Positions 36,301 through 50,432 of a stretch of DNA of 64,000 nucleotides are shown here, piece after piece. Every line of letters starts with the position of its first letter. Within the stretch, counting starts at the first letter, position 1. The notes below the pieces were generated by a model. The model worked only from the letters and a program-made list of their open reading frames with translations, had not been told where the DNA came from and searched no databases. The stretch comes from Podarcis gaigeae (taxonomy: Eukaryota): assembly GCA_964106915.2 (NCBI GenBank), contig OZ066917.1. The stretch is one strand, 5' to 3'. Position numbers and translations under genes: made by a program.

Positions 36301-39300
36301 GTACCAGCAGACCCTGGACAACCCTGAGATATGCACAATTGCAAAAAGTTGCAGGGGGTAAACCTCAAGGTCCTACCCCAACCATAATAATTCAATATGG
36401 AATACTGAGAGACTGAGAGTAAACAAACTCTAACTGGGTGGGAGAGAAGGACAGAACAGTGGCTGAATGGAGTGGTTGGAACAGGAGGATGGATAAACAC
36501 ACACATATACACATATGATGTATACATAATAATAATCTCGTTGTCTGAATAGGTCCTGGTTCACCCAAGAGCTATTTATTTATGTTGTGAGGATCAGAAA
36601 GTGAAAGCTTCCCATAGACCTCAATTGAGCAATGAAATAATTTAATGCAGCTGGAGTTGAGCACAAGTGTGTTCCTCCATATATAACACCACATAAAATT
36701 TACCATTGAAGATTGAGCAAGCTCAGTGGGCACGAAGTGCAAGCTGGTTGCAGGGCGGGGGAAATCGGGGGAAGGTATGGAATTGGGATGCAATGGAAAC
36801 ACTAAACAGAAACATTCCACACTGTAACATTGTGTTGCAAGCCCCACTTGAAATAATTCTAGAAAGATACAAGGGTCCCCAGGATAAACCTAAGACTCCA
36901 ATGGGCCTCACTCCTGTGTAATGTGCCATAATAGATCATTTTACCAGTTATGCTGAGCTGCTCAATATCATCCATTCCTGGGTGACAAATCCATTTATTT
37001 TATGACTACAGTAAACTCCTGCCTTATTCCAGGTGTAACTTTGTTTAGAACAGTCTCTTGCCAGGGTTTCAAGGGGATGAAACATAGCCTGTCACAATGT
37101 ATCTCACCCATAATCACTTCTAGGGAATTGTTCATTTCCAGCCACTGTGCTTGTACATGTTGTTTTGTTAGGTTTCAAGTGCTTCAGTGAGAACAGTGAG
37201 TTTTGTTTCCTAATAATCAGGACTATTCACCTGTTATTTCACATGAGGTTCTTTGAGCACTGTTCAGACACTAACTGATCATCACTGAACAGGTACATCT
37301 CATTACCTCCATCACAAAGATAGGTCAAGTAAAGTCCAAGGTCATTGATCAAGTTTGTGTCTAGCAGCCCAAACACTCAAAACTCCCAGATGTCTATTCT
37401 GCTAAGGCCATGTCTTGTTTCTGTCACACCTACACTCTTGTCCTTGCAACCTAAATTTAACTTTTGGCTCACTGGAAGACAGCTGTGTAGGAACCATGCA
37501 GTGGGTACAAATGATTTTTTAAATTTTTATTTCCATGGAGTAAATGTGCACAGAATTCTTACCTAAATTTTACTGCTAAGCAATGAGATATTGACCTCTC
37601 CTTCTAAGAAAAAATATGTCCAGGATATGCTCGTGATGTTGTAGTTGGTTGTTGTTGTTGTTTTAAACACGATAATAATTTTTATATAACATTTATATAT
37701 CAATTTGTCTCAGTCTCAAAATTTCCCTGATTTTTGTTATGTTCCTTCTGTGTGGTTTTTTTAATATATGTAGTTGTGATAATGCTAATAATTCAAAGGG
37801 AGGGGGGAAACCCCCAAATGAAATGAAAAATGTATAAATTGGCTAGAGCTGCATAGAGGGAGCACATGCCATAAACCATGGAACTGAGTTGACTACATAT
37901 GTATATATATACATTTACGTATACAGAATTCTCTAACAAGCCACAGCTTTTGCATCACCTCACCCCAAAATGACGTTGCTGATGGCTAAATTTTGAGCTG
38001 GGGTGATTCTCCACTCTCATTCGGAGGTTTTGCTGCATTCTTCTCCACTCCGGGCAATTGAAACTAGCCTTTGGACTCCTGGCCTGCTGCCACATTGCAC
38101 GAGCTCTCGGCCAATTTAAATGGCATTATAGGAGTTGGGGCAAGGTGACCCACGCAAACTGAATCCAGGCAGGACAAACTGTCAAGGTCACGCCGGGGAT
38201 TTTGCTTGCAGCCCGTTTATTATTTGTGCACGCAGCACATAAAAAATGAAGCATTGGGTCTACAAGGCACGTTTAACTGTTTCGAGACGGGAGTGCGTTT
38301 GTTGTTTTCAATTTGGTGGCCGCCGACCCCATCTTCGTGGAGTTGTGGGCGTGAGGGATCCTCGACCATATCTCGCCCGCCGCCGAGGCTCCTAGTTCTC
38401 CATCCCTTATTGGGAGACGCGAGGAGGGAAAAACACATCTTCTCGGGCGCTTTTAGAAGCCGAGGTCTCTCTGGTCCGATTTTAAGCGCCCCGAGGGTCA
38501 CTTGACACACGCGGCTTCCAAATCCCTTGACACGTGGTTCCAAAAATCAAAACAAAAAATAAATCGAATATGCCCGAGAGCTCGGACCCTGTTCGAGGGG
38601 GGTTCAAAGCCAACTTTGAACAGGCGCCTCCCCCCCCCAACCGCCTGGAGAGCCCGGCGATCACCCCCCACAGGCCTCATCCCCCCGGGGCGGGCGAGGA
38701 GCTCAGCCGAGCTGCCCCTGGCTGCCCCCGAGGAGAGGCCATTCCTGCCATTCCTGCCAGCCTAGCCTCTCAGAGCCGCGGCCAGGTTTAATCCCTGCCT
38801 TGAGTGCCGGTGCGTGAAGCTGCCTAATCCTATTTCGGTGCACATGGATGGGGCGACACCGCCCTGCCTGCCCGCCTCGCTTTGCCGTGTCGGCCAAGAG
38901 GTTAAATCCGCCCCACTGGCGCCTACGGGGTTAATCGGGGTCTCGGGTGAGGCGGCGCACGTGCGACCGTTAACTGCCAAGCAGCCCCCGCTCTCCGGCC
39001 GCCCTTTGTACACGGTCTCTTACATTCTCACGTAGTAGAGTCCGTAGGGTTCCACGCGCCCAATCTCACACTGGGCTCCGGGGCACAAGGGGTTAACAAA
39101 GGAAAGGGGGGGAAAAAGAGAGAAAGCGCCTAGGCTGAGTTCCGGCGCCGGACGGGTTAATTAGAGGCGCTGCGGCTCCGACAGGGGGCGACCCCTGCAA
39201 TGATAACAAACGGTCACGTGGTGCGGTTCGAGCGGGGAGGGCCGTTCCTCCTCTCACTCCTTCCCTCTCCCTTTTCCTCGGCGCTAACGTCACCCCACCT

Positions 39301-39420
39301 TCCCGATCTCCAGGGCGACGGGCCCATCTGGGCGCGCGTCAGAGCCGCCCGTCTCTTGGCAACGGCTGGATGTCTCTCTCTCCCTTCTCATTCAGCCTCG
39401 CGCTTGATCGCGCGTCGCTC

Positions 39421-39439
39421 TGGCGTCAAAGTGACGTCA
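39421..39439. promoter_or_regulatory. SIK1: Proximal cAMP-response elements: TGGCGTCA (39421-39428) and perfect TGACGTCA (39432-39439)
   Basis: Motifs read directly. More CGTCA half-sites near 39288 and 39337, and a GC box GGGGCGG at ~39463. SIK1 is an established CREB/CRTC target. Confidence 0.85.
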
Positions 39440-39499
39440 ATGGGCCTGTCTCGGTTTTCGGAGGGGGCGGAGGGAGGGCTTCCCGCGTGCTCCTCTGGC

Positions 39500-39638
39500 C
39501 CCGGCACACACAGAGCGCGAGGGCAGCAGGGAGAGCAGCAGCAGCAGCAGCCTGGGAGCCTGGCAGGCGGGCGGGCGCGGAGCAGGAGGCGGCGACGGCG
39601 GCAGCAGTCAGCCCGCCAGCCAGCCCGCCTAGCGCAAG
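39500..39638 (+). other. SIK1: SIK1 non-coding exon 1 (predicted; 5' boundary approximate)
   Basis: GC-rich ATG-free stretch with (CAG)n downstream of the CREs, ending at the candidate donor CAAG|GTAGAG (39638/39639). Mammalian SIK1 also has a non-coding first exon. Confidence 0.6.
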
Positions 39639-40422
39639 GTAGAGTCGGAGAGCGAGGCGCGCGGGGAGACGCTCGCAGCCGGCGCTGCGCTGACTCGGGG
39701 CGCAAGTTTTCCGAGGGGAATTTCCCGCGGCGCCTCCGCCTCGTGGCTTTTATGCTCCGTCCTCGGGGGCATTCCCGGGCTCCCCACAGTCTGGGTAGCC
39801 TAGTCTCTCTCTGCCTCCCGGGACGGCGGCTGCTTTGAGGGAAGCCCTTGCTGCAGCCCCATGGTAGCTTTTTAGTGGAGCGTTTCTCTATATTCGTATA
39901 TATGTACTGTATATAGTATAGATGACGGTCGTCTTGTGAATAGTCCAGGCGACGTTCCCAAGCTGCAAGACTCGCCAAGCCGTAGGGGATTTGCGCGGCG
40001 CTCGTCTTAACGCCCCCCAGTTCCCGTCCCATTCATTGTTAGTGGAACTTGAATGGATCGGGCGCAGAAGTTAGTTTTTCAGATGATCCTGGAACGGGTT
40101 TCTTCCCTCATCCTAGACAGAACTTGCCCGGCACTTTTCTGCTACTTATTGCTAATTTTTTAAGCTGCAAAAGTACCTTTCATTGCCTTTATTGTGTAGT
40201 CATCTTAGGCAAGCTTTGAAAGAGTCAGTTGCGCTTTCTCCAAGTTGAAAAGTCCTCAGGACTAACTTCTGAAGTTTGAGGCAATTTGGTAGCGCCTCAC
40301 TGGGGCAGATTTTATATATATATATATTATAATTCACTGAAAAATTCACTGGAACTTTATTTGTCGTCTTGCAGGTGCAGATTCCAGTCTCGGAAGAGGA
40401 AGGCTTATGTAGACATTTCTAA

Positions 40423-40653
<231 letters not shown>

Positions 40654-41486
40654 TAAAGAGCTGGTAGTATTCCTCTGTGGGGCTTTCTGTTTCCACAGAT
40701 AAGGACTAAACTAGGTACATTAAGAGAAACTCCCTGGAGTAGACTGTATAATAGAATGTAGTTAAAATAGCAGCAGTTCAATTTGCACATTGAAATCACT
40801 TCAAAATTAATTTGGAAGTATTGGTGATTAGTGCTCTCTTCACTATTTTTGTTGACATAGTTAAAACAAACTGAAGACATGGTGTCTTAGTTGCTATTCC
40901 TAGGTAGTTGTCAGTTTTTGAAATAAGCTGTGTAGTGCAACTCCAGCTTACATTACCTTTCTAGAACTTTAGTGGGATATGTGATTTGGATCAAAACACT
41001 GAAAGTTTTGAAATTGTTATATATATGTATATATATATATAGAGAGAGAGTTTAATTATATATGCTGAATTTCTAAGTCAACCTATGATCTATTTTCTTG
41101 AATCTGGACTAGACAATATATTATAAAACACTGAACATCGGGGGTGATTGCCATTTTAGTTAAATTCAGTGACTGGCACTTTGATTTCTAAGTGTAGCAG
41201 TCTTTAAGCATAGTTTAAGGAGTAAATAAGTTGAATTTAGTGAAACTTCTAAGTAAACACATTTACAATTGTGCTGCATTCACTTTTACCTGTTTACAAG
41301 TCCTGTTGGTTCCAATGAAATGGATAGTCAATGAACGAGTCTTTGTGTTATTATTGCATTTGTTGATCCCCTAACTTTCTCAAATATTCGTTTTTCAAAA
41401 CATTTTTTTATTTGTACTTGTATGTTGTGCAGTAGTATAAAACCATATTTTACAAGTGTTCTGGGTTTGTTTTCTTGAAACTATAG

Positions 41487-41618
<132 letters not shown>

Positions 41619-43791
41619 TGATCACTACCTGGCTATTAGACTTATCCTTATGGCTTTGGCTGCTAATGATCTTAAAATGCACATGCTTCCAACAGGAAAT
41701 GAATTAACATTACTTTTCTAAACAGTGCTGGAACAAAGTGACAAAGTATTTCATATCTAAATATTTAGGAAGGTTGTTATTTTGTTTTCAAAATCAATTC
41801 AAACAGTTATAAATTGTTCAAATGTGACTGTAAATCATTTGATGTGCTAGGTGTGCTGGGTAGGCATACATAACTAAAATCCCTTGTGCTTTTACACAAT
41901 GTAAATACTTCTCTGCTTATAGAATTTTCAAAACCATAATCAAACCTCTACTTACAATGCTGATTATTTGAATTACTAGTTGAAATTGGGCTTTGTCTGA
42001 GTAAATGTGTTTAGGGTCAGGAAGTTTTCTTAAAATCTTGGTTTTAGGAACTTCAAAAGCCACAGTGAAATACTATGCAATTTGTTCTAGCTCAGTTGTA
42101 TTTTCAGCACATGCATTCCTTAAAAAAAGAACAAAAACTGATGTACTCTGCATCTGGTGAGCAGAATTGAATTTACAAATGCTAAACATCTTATCTAATT
42201 AGTGTTTGGTGGAAGTTCCTCTTAATCATCTTAAAGAGCACCTTATGGATTTAAGGGGAAGGTGATGAGTGACTTTTTGTCTAAGGAAGAAGAAAATGTT
42301 AAACGTGGCTTAAGAATATAGCTGCTCTTAAGTTCAGTGTACAGTAACAATTGCCATAATATAAGATGCCTAGAAAATATCTTTGGGAAGATGAGCAAGG
42401 ATAAGCTTCGCAAATATGAAAAGCAGAGCCAGTGAGAAACTTGTTTTGGTGGCAGTATTATTTTTAAAGTACACATATATGGCTCCAATATGAACTGCTG
42501 TAACACGTATTTAGGTCTATTTTTCATCACTCTACCTACCTGACAGATAATTTTTATTTCCTTTCTATAAAATAGTCCAGGTCAAAATAATATTTCAGGC
42601 ATTGAATATTGTTTAAATCCTCTCATTGCTGAATTAGGCTACTCAGCTGAACCAGAAAAGTGTTTTTAGAAGCTGTTTTTGTGAGGAGGAGAGGATAGTA
42701 TTTCTACCTACACGTCTTTTCTGTGTTCATTTTTTGATGCACCCCTTTGGTGGAGGAGTCTGAGCTGCAGGAATTAGGTGAAATACCAGTTTGGGGGTGG
42801 AAGGATAGTGTTGACTTAGTTTCAACAGCACTGTCTAATTTTAATCCAATTGGCCTCTTTCCCAGAACATTTTAAATGTCTTACTCTTTCCTGTCACTTC
42901 TTTCTATGTATATATATTTAAAATTTATATTTTTCATTATGTTTATATGTGGGATGAGAGCGCCTTTCTCTGCCTTTGATAGTCAAACCTCATTGCAGAA
43001 TCTTAAAAAATATAGTTTCTGAAAAGACACTGATGCTGCTTTGTGGTTCTTAATCCTTTTTTGTAAGCCAGAATTTACTGAACCAGAAAGTACTGTTCTG
43101 TTTGGGAGAGCTGTCTTTGACGGATGTTTTATATTTATCATTTGATGCTGTAAAGCAGGAGAGGCAGTCTCGGGGAGCAACGTGTTAAATTTATTTTTTT
43201 GAAAGAATTTGAACCATATTTTAAAAAATGCTTTAGGTGATTTTAAACTTCTTTTGCAGGCGGTAATGCCTTTTAGAAGTAAATTGATACTGAAATAGCC
43301 ATTCACACTTCAGTGTTGATGGATGTTGAGAAATAGCTGTGCACACAGAGGAAGCTGTTATGGATAGACAGGCACATCTAGTAACTTACTGAGTGAATAA
43401 ACCTACACAATACCAAGTGTGAATGGGGCGCTTGGATAATTCTTGTTTGCTTTTTGTTCCACCTTCTGAATGTGTCGGTCACCTGCTTCCTAACAGTGAG
43501 ATCATGAGTCCTGTTAACGGTCCTTAACATGATACGCCTGTGTAGTTAATATACGTTAATGTAATAAATTATGGACATTGAAGGAAGAGGTGGATGCTAT
43601 TGAAGTATCTCTGTATAGAAACAATATTAGGTTCATGCAGGGAAGCCTGGTCTTTTCGTTTAGCTCTTTTCTGTGGAGCAAATGCATTTGATATTCAAAG
43701 TATATTAAATATTTCAAAGGCCTGTATCTTTAATGCATTCTGGGTTTTTCCCCCCTTCTCTCTTTCTCCTCTCCCTCTATACCCTTATTAG

Positions 43792-43855
43792 GTTATGGAG
43801 ACAAAAGATATGCTTTACATTGTAACTGAATTTGCAAAAAATGGAGAAATGTTTG
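43792..43855 (+). CDS. SIK1: SIK1 exon 4
   Basis: Long polypyrimidine tract, ttattag|VMETKDMLYIVTEFAKNGEMF+G|gtaagt; 64 nt. Confidence 0.96.
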
Positions 43856-44248
43856 GTAAGTTCTTATCAAAGCATAGCAGTAGACACTTCCTTAGTAACT
43901 TGAATGTTGGGTGAGGAGCATGCATCTTAGCATTCGGATAAATATGGGCTTTGTTTATCTGTAGACTTCTACAGACATAGGATTATATGGCTTACACTCT
44001 ACTTCAGATAACTGTGCTTTGAACAGACAAGTATTTGTCTGGTCTAGGCTGCAAAGCCTGATATAAATGAATTCCTTAATTAGCTGAAGTCCAAATAATG
44101 GGAATTTCTTTGTGGGCGTGTTGTTTTATGAGGGTACAGAAGCTGAGGATTTCGATCCTAATGCTTAGATATCCAAAGTAAAGGTCACAACACTGAAGGA
44201 GGGAAGTCTAGTTGGGTGTCAAAGGAGAAGTTTGTCTGTGGCATTTAG

Positions 44249-44491
<243 letters not shown>

Positions 44492-44762
44492 TGAAATCCT
44501 TGTATGAACAACTTCTTTGTGTGATGCTGCAATAGACAGAACCTTTGTAATTCTATGTTTATGAACCTGCTGAATGGATTATATATAATACTTAGCAAAG
44601 AAGCATAGGTGCAATTTATTTATTTACTGGATTTATATAAGCTGCTCAGTGACATACTTTCTCTGAACAGCTCACAATAAATAAAAGAATAAAATCCAAT
44701 ATTGAAATACAAAAACAAAACAAATACATAGAGGTCCCTTGCAGTGTCCCTGCTTGCTTTAA

Positions 44763-44981
<219 letters not shown>

Positions 44982-45067
44982 TAATTTTCCAAGATGGTGA
45001 TGCTTGACAAACTTCACTGACTGCATTTCAGGCATTCATGTATTGCACTGTTTTTATTTCTTGGTAG

Positions 45068-45271
<204 letters not shown>

Positions 45272-45842
45272 TGAACCATATTTTCCAGATAAAGGCTTTT
45301 GTCTTGCATAATCCTGTTTTTGGTGTTTAGATGAACCCTTTAGATCTATGTTGATAGTGAAAACATACATTTCCCAGGTAGATTTTCTTTGACATGTACA
45401 AAGGCAAATCTGTCTAGAAGAGGATGACACTCTGGCTGTAGTGGCTTATATTTTATTTAATGAAAAGGGGCATATTAAAAATTATTTTAAATTCATTCAG
45501 TCATTAAAACTAGGACATTCTGTCAAAGACTGAAATATCGACAGTTTGCTACAGTTCCCCAATAACTTACATCTTGCTCATGCTGTGGAAAAAAAAGAAC
45601 AAGTTAATTTTTCATCTTTTTCAGCATATAGACTCAAGAACAGCTTAAACTCTTTTGAGTGGTATGTGATACAATTGCAAAATAGCCATGAAGATAGATT
45701 TACCTTAGGTTATCAGACAGTTGTTTGGTGCTCTTTTATGGGTAAGGATAAAAAGTAGTGCCACTAGTTTAGCTTTCAGTGATGTGTCTAGCCTCTTAAT
45801 ATCTATATTCATGTTTTGGTTTTGTGTTTTGTCTTTCAACAG

Positions 45843-46066
45843 ACTGTGAAACGCTGATTCGACGAATGCTGGTTGTAGATCCCACAAAACGAATCACAAT
45901 TGCCCAAATAAAGCAGCACAAGTGGATGCAGGCCGACCCTTCCCTTCAGCAGCAGCAGTCTTTGTCATTCTCCATGCATAATTACAACTCTAACCTGGGT
46001 GACTACAACGAACAAGTCCTTGGGATCATGCATACTCTTGGGATTGATAGGCAGAGAACAGTTGAG
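45843..46066 (+). CDS. SIK1: SIK1 exon 8
   Basis: caacag|(D)CETLIRRMLVVDPTKRITIAQIKQHKWM...YNEQVLGIMHTLGIDRQRTVE|gtgagc; end of kinase domain and start of UBA; 224 nt. Confidence 0.96.
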
Positions 46067-46614
46067 GTGAGCCCTTAGCTACATGTTTGGCATCTGAGAA
46101 GCCCTTGTCCCTTATAAAATATTGGAATAGACATTGTGCTCTATAGGAAAGGGTAATATGTTTCCCATTTAGATTTCAAATTTTGAAAATGGTGCCCCAT
46201 GTTGTGGTGGTGCTAAAAAGTGGTGTGTTGCTTGGTAGAATTTCTTCCACATTATCTGGAAACCAGGCAGGGTGCTTCTCAAATATGGCACTATAGGCAC
46301 GAGACTGAATTATTAGGCTGCAGACATACCTGGCTGATAAGAGGGAAATATGGGACATACGAGACGTAACTTGGAAGCACACATGACCAAGGTTTTTTGT
46401 CTTCTGAGAATGGGCTTGCGTTGCTTCTGATAATGCACACATCCCAACCCCTCTATTTTAAATGCATAATTTTGTAGAATCCCTCTTGATTTCGGGGGCT
46501 CATTCTTCCAAGTAAACACGTCTTGACCTTCTGACCTTTAGCGAAGAGGTGGCACTCCCCTTTTGAACCAAGCAATCTATTAACAGCTGCCTTTCTCTCT
46601 CCTGTCTCCTCTAG

Positions 46615-46764
46615 TCTCTACAAAACAGCAGCTACAATCACTTCGCTGCAATTTATTACCTTCTCCTGGAGCGTCTCAAGGAGTACCGAAGCAATCAGTT
46701 GTCAAATCGCCCAGTAAGCAGCCGTCAGCAAAGGCCAAGGAGCTCAGACTTCAGCAACATTGAG
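46615..46764 (+). CDS. SIK1: SIK1 exon 9
   Basis: ctctag|[50 protein letters not shown]|gtaaga; UBA C-terminal half; 150 nt; not in the ORF track. Confidence 0.95.
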
Positions 46765-47317
46765 GTAAGATGATGCGCTGTCCTTCATAAGGTCACACCA
46801 GTTCCTCTCTATCCTTTTAAGAAGTATATATTCTGCTGCATATTCTGCTTCTGGGGCAGCAGCTTATATTTTGTGTGACCAAGAGTGGCATTTTCCTCAT
46901 GTTTCTTTTTATGCCTGAGATCAAAGGACATTTTTCAGCAGGGGATAGGAAGCGGGTGGGGAGGAGGTCTCTTGTACCCGTCCTCAGTGTTGACAGGAAA
47001 CGTGGCTTGCTTCAGGTTTAAAACCAAAATTCTGCAAGCACTCAGGAGGATGTAGAATGAATTATACAAGTGTAAAAACTATAGGCTGCAGGAAATCTCC
47101 GTCTGTGAAGCATTAAGCAGACGGGAGCTGCATCCTGTGCAATGTCCTAACCTCTGTATTACTTGGAACTCTGTATGGATATGTATTTATTGAAGAGCAA
47201 ATTAATTCATTCTTTCATATTGATCCATACCTGTGCAGCCTTTCAAGCTTAATGTATTTGTTCTAGTTACAAGAGCGGTTGGTAATGACTGTTCTCTCAA
47301 TCCTTCTTTGGCTTCAG

Positions 47318-47440
47318 TTGCCTCAGGACAGCCTTGCCAGCGAGACCTTGAGATCATCTCTGTTCTACCAGCAGCCCCAGAATCTGATTCAGTCGCCCTT
47401 GCAGGCAGAAATGGATTGTGACATAAACAACCCATTACAG
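47318..47440 (+). CDS. SIK1: SIK1 exon 10
   Basis: cttcag|LPQDSLASETLRSSLFYQQPQNLIQSPLQAEMDCDINNPLQ|gttggt; 123 nt; a second in-frame AG lies at 47325-47326. Confidence 0.88.
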
Positions 47441-47496
47441 GTTGGTGCTGCTAGCGTCCTCACTTCATGTTTGATTGAAGGAAGTGTGCATGCCTC

Positions 47497-47497
47497 T

Positions 47498-47556
<59 letters not shown>
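47497..47556. repeat. Compound (TG)n(AG)n microsatellite in SIK1 intron 10
   Basis: Read directly. Confidence 0.95.
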
Positions 47557-47561
<5 letters not shown>

Positions 47562-47799
47562 TGGGGGCAAAAAGGTCTAGGATGCATTTAAATAGCCACC
47601 GCATCCATCTTTTTATTTGTTTTGCACTCCCATGTTAAATTCATAAAACTGAATAAAAAACCCCTTGAAGGATATCATAGAGGCATAATACATAGGGTAC
47701 CCAAGCAGCTATGATAATGAAGGGATCGTTGGGGAGAGGAATGTGCAGAAGAACCAAACAAGGGCACTCTATCACTTCCTGTATTTTTTGACCTTTCAG

Positions 47800-48022
47800 C
47801 CTATGTTCTTTCCTGTGGACCCGAACTTCAACAGTCTTTTTCGGAATCGCTCAATCTCTCCAAACAGCCTCCTGGAAACCACCATCAGTGAGGAGGTCAG
47901 GCAAGACAAAGAGCTGGAGGAGGAAATTAAAGCCTTCAACCCCATTCGCCTCCCCATCAACACAAGCCGAAGGCACACGCTGGCTGAAGTGACAACTCAT
48001 TTTTATCAGTGTTCTCCACCAT
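47800..48022 (+). CDS. SIK1: SIK1 exon 11
   Basis: tttcag|PMFFPVD...SISPNSLLETTISEEVRQ...TSRRHTLAEV...SPP|gtaagt; PKA motif RRHT; 223 nt. Confidence 0.94.
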
Positions 48023-49503
48023 GTAAGTGTTTGCAAGAAGGGCAGACCGCAGGATATACATAGAGGGTAGAAGAGTGCTTCCTTTTTGTGCTTTAAACAA
48101 CATGTTGACAGACACCAAAGTTTTTTTGTGCCTCTGTTTAGTGCATTTATTCACAGTAGGCTATTTAAAACATTTGGCTTTGGAGCCAAACAACCAAGTA
48201 ACTCTCACAGGCCTATTCCAGAATGGGGCTTTTCGTTCCAGTGCACAATAAACATGTAATGGTTATTGGAAATCTGAACGGCATTTACCCAAGCATGATC
48301 ATCTTTGTAGAGAGAATTTCCTTTTTTAAGCATTGTAGCTGCGGTGTTTGTCAACATTTTGTCAAAATATGAGCCCCATAGCTGGATTCCCATAGTTGGA
48401 AGATGGTGGTATGAGCACCATTGAGAATATATAATAACTCAGCAGCAGAGCTGTTGTTGAATCCTGGAAGTCTGCAGGTAGAGCTGGGAGAGATTTGTGC
48501 TTGAAACCCTGGAGAGCAGCTGCCAGTCATTGTAGGCAATGCTACTTGAATCTGTATAAAGCCATTTCCTATTATTTTTCTTGAGACAAGCAAAACAGGC
48601 TCTTTCCCTAGCCATGCCCTCTTAAAACCTTTTAATTCCCTCTCTCTTCGTTCTCTGTTGCTCTCCAAAACAATAGAGCACTTCATGTAACCATTTAATT
48701 TAAAAGTGCAAGTCTGAACATCAGACCATAGTTTTTGTTAACTGTTTTATTTACTTTTTTTATTCTTCCCTGTTCCCATTCCCTCCCCACCCTAGTTTCT
48801 TTGGAAATTGTGTGTTTTCACTCTTTGGTACCTATCTTCAGTGGCTATGGGGTGTGTTTTTGAAGCTTAGTGAACAGTTTGCATCTCTCGCTGCATTCCA
48901 TGGCTTTTGGAAGCAGGATATTTTGCCTCTGACACGGAGTTCTAGCCAGCTATGCTAGCTTCTTGGCTGGTGGGTTGATGTTGCTTTCCAGGGAGGAGAG
49001 GGAAGAGATGGCAGGGAGGTCAGTGCAGTGCAAGCACACTGGCGGGTTAACCTCCCCAGCACATCCTTCTCCCTCCTGGTAAGCTACAGAACCTGTCATG
49101 ATTTGTGTGCTACCTTTACTAAACACACACCACACAAACTCACAATAGTGTCAACACTATTCCCGTACCTTCATCCTGTCCCCAGGAAAAGGCCATGTAA
49201 GCCCTAAAACCAAGATAACTATTGCAGCTGCACTTGATAGAGCAAGGATCTCCTATTGTATTATTACTTGCTTTAGCAATAAAATCACCCTACAAGACTA
49301 CATTGCTGCTATAACTGGGATGGCACGCCTGCCACGTACAAAGCCTTGTGAGTTTTATACTTGTTTGCATTGTGGTCTGAGGCTTCGGTTAATGGTAGAT
49401 TTTCTTTGGGTGGGGAGATTAATCTTATTTCCAACACTCTTCTTTAACTTCCTGTATCCATTTTGCAGGCAGTCTCTTCCAACCCATCTGCTTCTTTTTG
49501 TAG

Positions 49504-49779
49504 GTATAGTCATTTCCTCTTCCGCAAGCCCTACGGAAGGAACCAGTTCTGACAGCTGCCTCACTTCATCAGCAAATGAGGGCTCTGTGGCTTTGAGCAA
49601 CTGTTTGGAAGATCAGATGATGCTTGGTCACCCAGCGACAGCCAGAGTTACATCATCGTTTCCGACTTCCCATTCGGACACACCAGTATTGCAGGCTCAG
49701 GGCTGTCTGGGTGGTGCTTCTCTGTTGCCGGTCAGCTTCCAGGAAGGAAGGAGGGCATCGGATACCTCACTAACTCAAG
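49504..49779 (+). CDS. SIK1: SIK1 exon 12
   Basis: ttgtag|(C)IVISSSASPTEGTSSDSCL...LLPVSFQEGRRASDTSLTQ|gtaatt; PKA motif RRAS (mammalian S575/S577 equivalent); 276 nt. Confidence 0.94.
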
Positions 49780-50182
49780 GTAATTATTTCCTTGCTATGT
49801 AATCAATACCAGTCCATAAACACGCACAGTAGATACATCAAGTAGTCGCTTTTTGTAGTTCTGTAATCAATATGCCAGACTCCTGCTTTCATCATAAGAT
49901 TAGCACAGACCATCTGCACATTTTATTTGCCCATCCCATGAAATAACCTGAAAATGCAACAATGCAGTTTATAAGATATGCAAGTTGGGTAAAGGGGAGC
50001 TGCTTGGCAGATAAAATTTGGTTCTATTTGTCTTCTGTGGCTATTGTACGAAGTTCCTGATTGGTGGGTAAATGAGCTGCAGCAGGTCTGTAGTAGATGC
50101 AAGTAATGTGTGTGTCCAAAGACAAAGTCAACATGTCATGCTGGTAGATTTATAACTCTCCTTCTTCTTCTTTGCTTTATAG

Positions 50183-50432
50183 GCTTGAAGGCATTTAGAC
50201 AGCAGCTACGGAAGAATGCTAGAGCCAAAGGTTTTCTGGGACTGAATAAAATCAAAGGGCTCGCTCGCCAGGTGTGCCAGTCCTCATCTGCTCGGGTAGC
50301 ACGGAACGGCACGAGTCCTTTCCAGCATTCTCAGCAGAGTGCCTGCGTATACAGCAGCGGGGGAAATGGTGGCAGCGCCGTAAGCAGCAGAGAGAGCAGG
50401 AACCTCCTTGAAGAGGTGCTTCAGCAGCAGAG
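50183..50432 (+). CDS. SIK1: SIK1 exon 13
   Basis: ttatag|(G)LKAFRQQLRKNARAKGFLGLNKIKGLARQVCQ...LLEEVLQQQ|gtgaga; RK-rich region; 250 nt. Confidence 0.95.

Larger units (their letters stand above)
38040..40070. promoter_or_regulatory. SIK1: CpG island spanning the SIK1 promoter, exon 1 and start of intron 1
   Basis: Abrupt rise in GC and CpG density relative to the CpG-depleted flanks, just upstream of the first coding exon. Boundaries approximate. Confidence 0.9.

Noticed and set aside
39200-40032. ORFs of 212 and 214 aa over the promoter
   Set aside because: Typical stop-poor CpG-island ORFs with non-ATG starts and no recognisable homology.
49461-49503. Upstream alternative acceptors for exon 12 (AG at 49468 and 49472)
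   Set aside because: They would add 35 or 31 nt and shift the frame, whereas the acceptor at 49503 keeps the phase.
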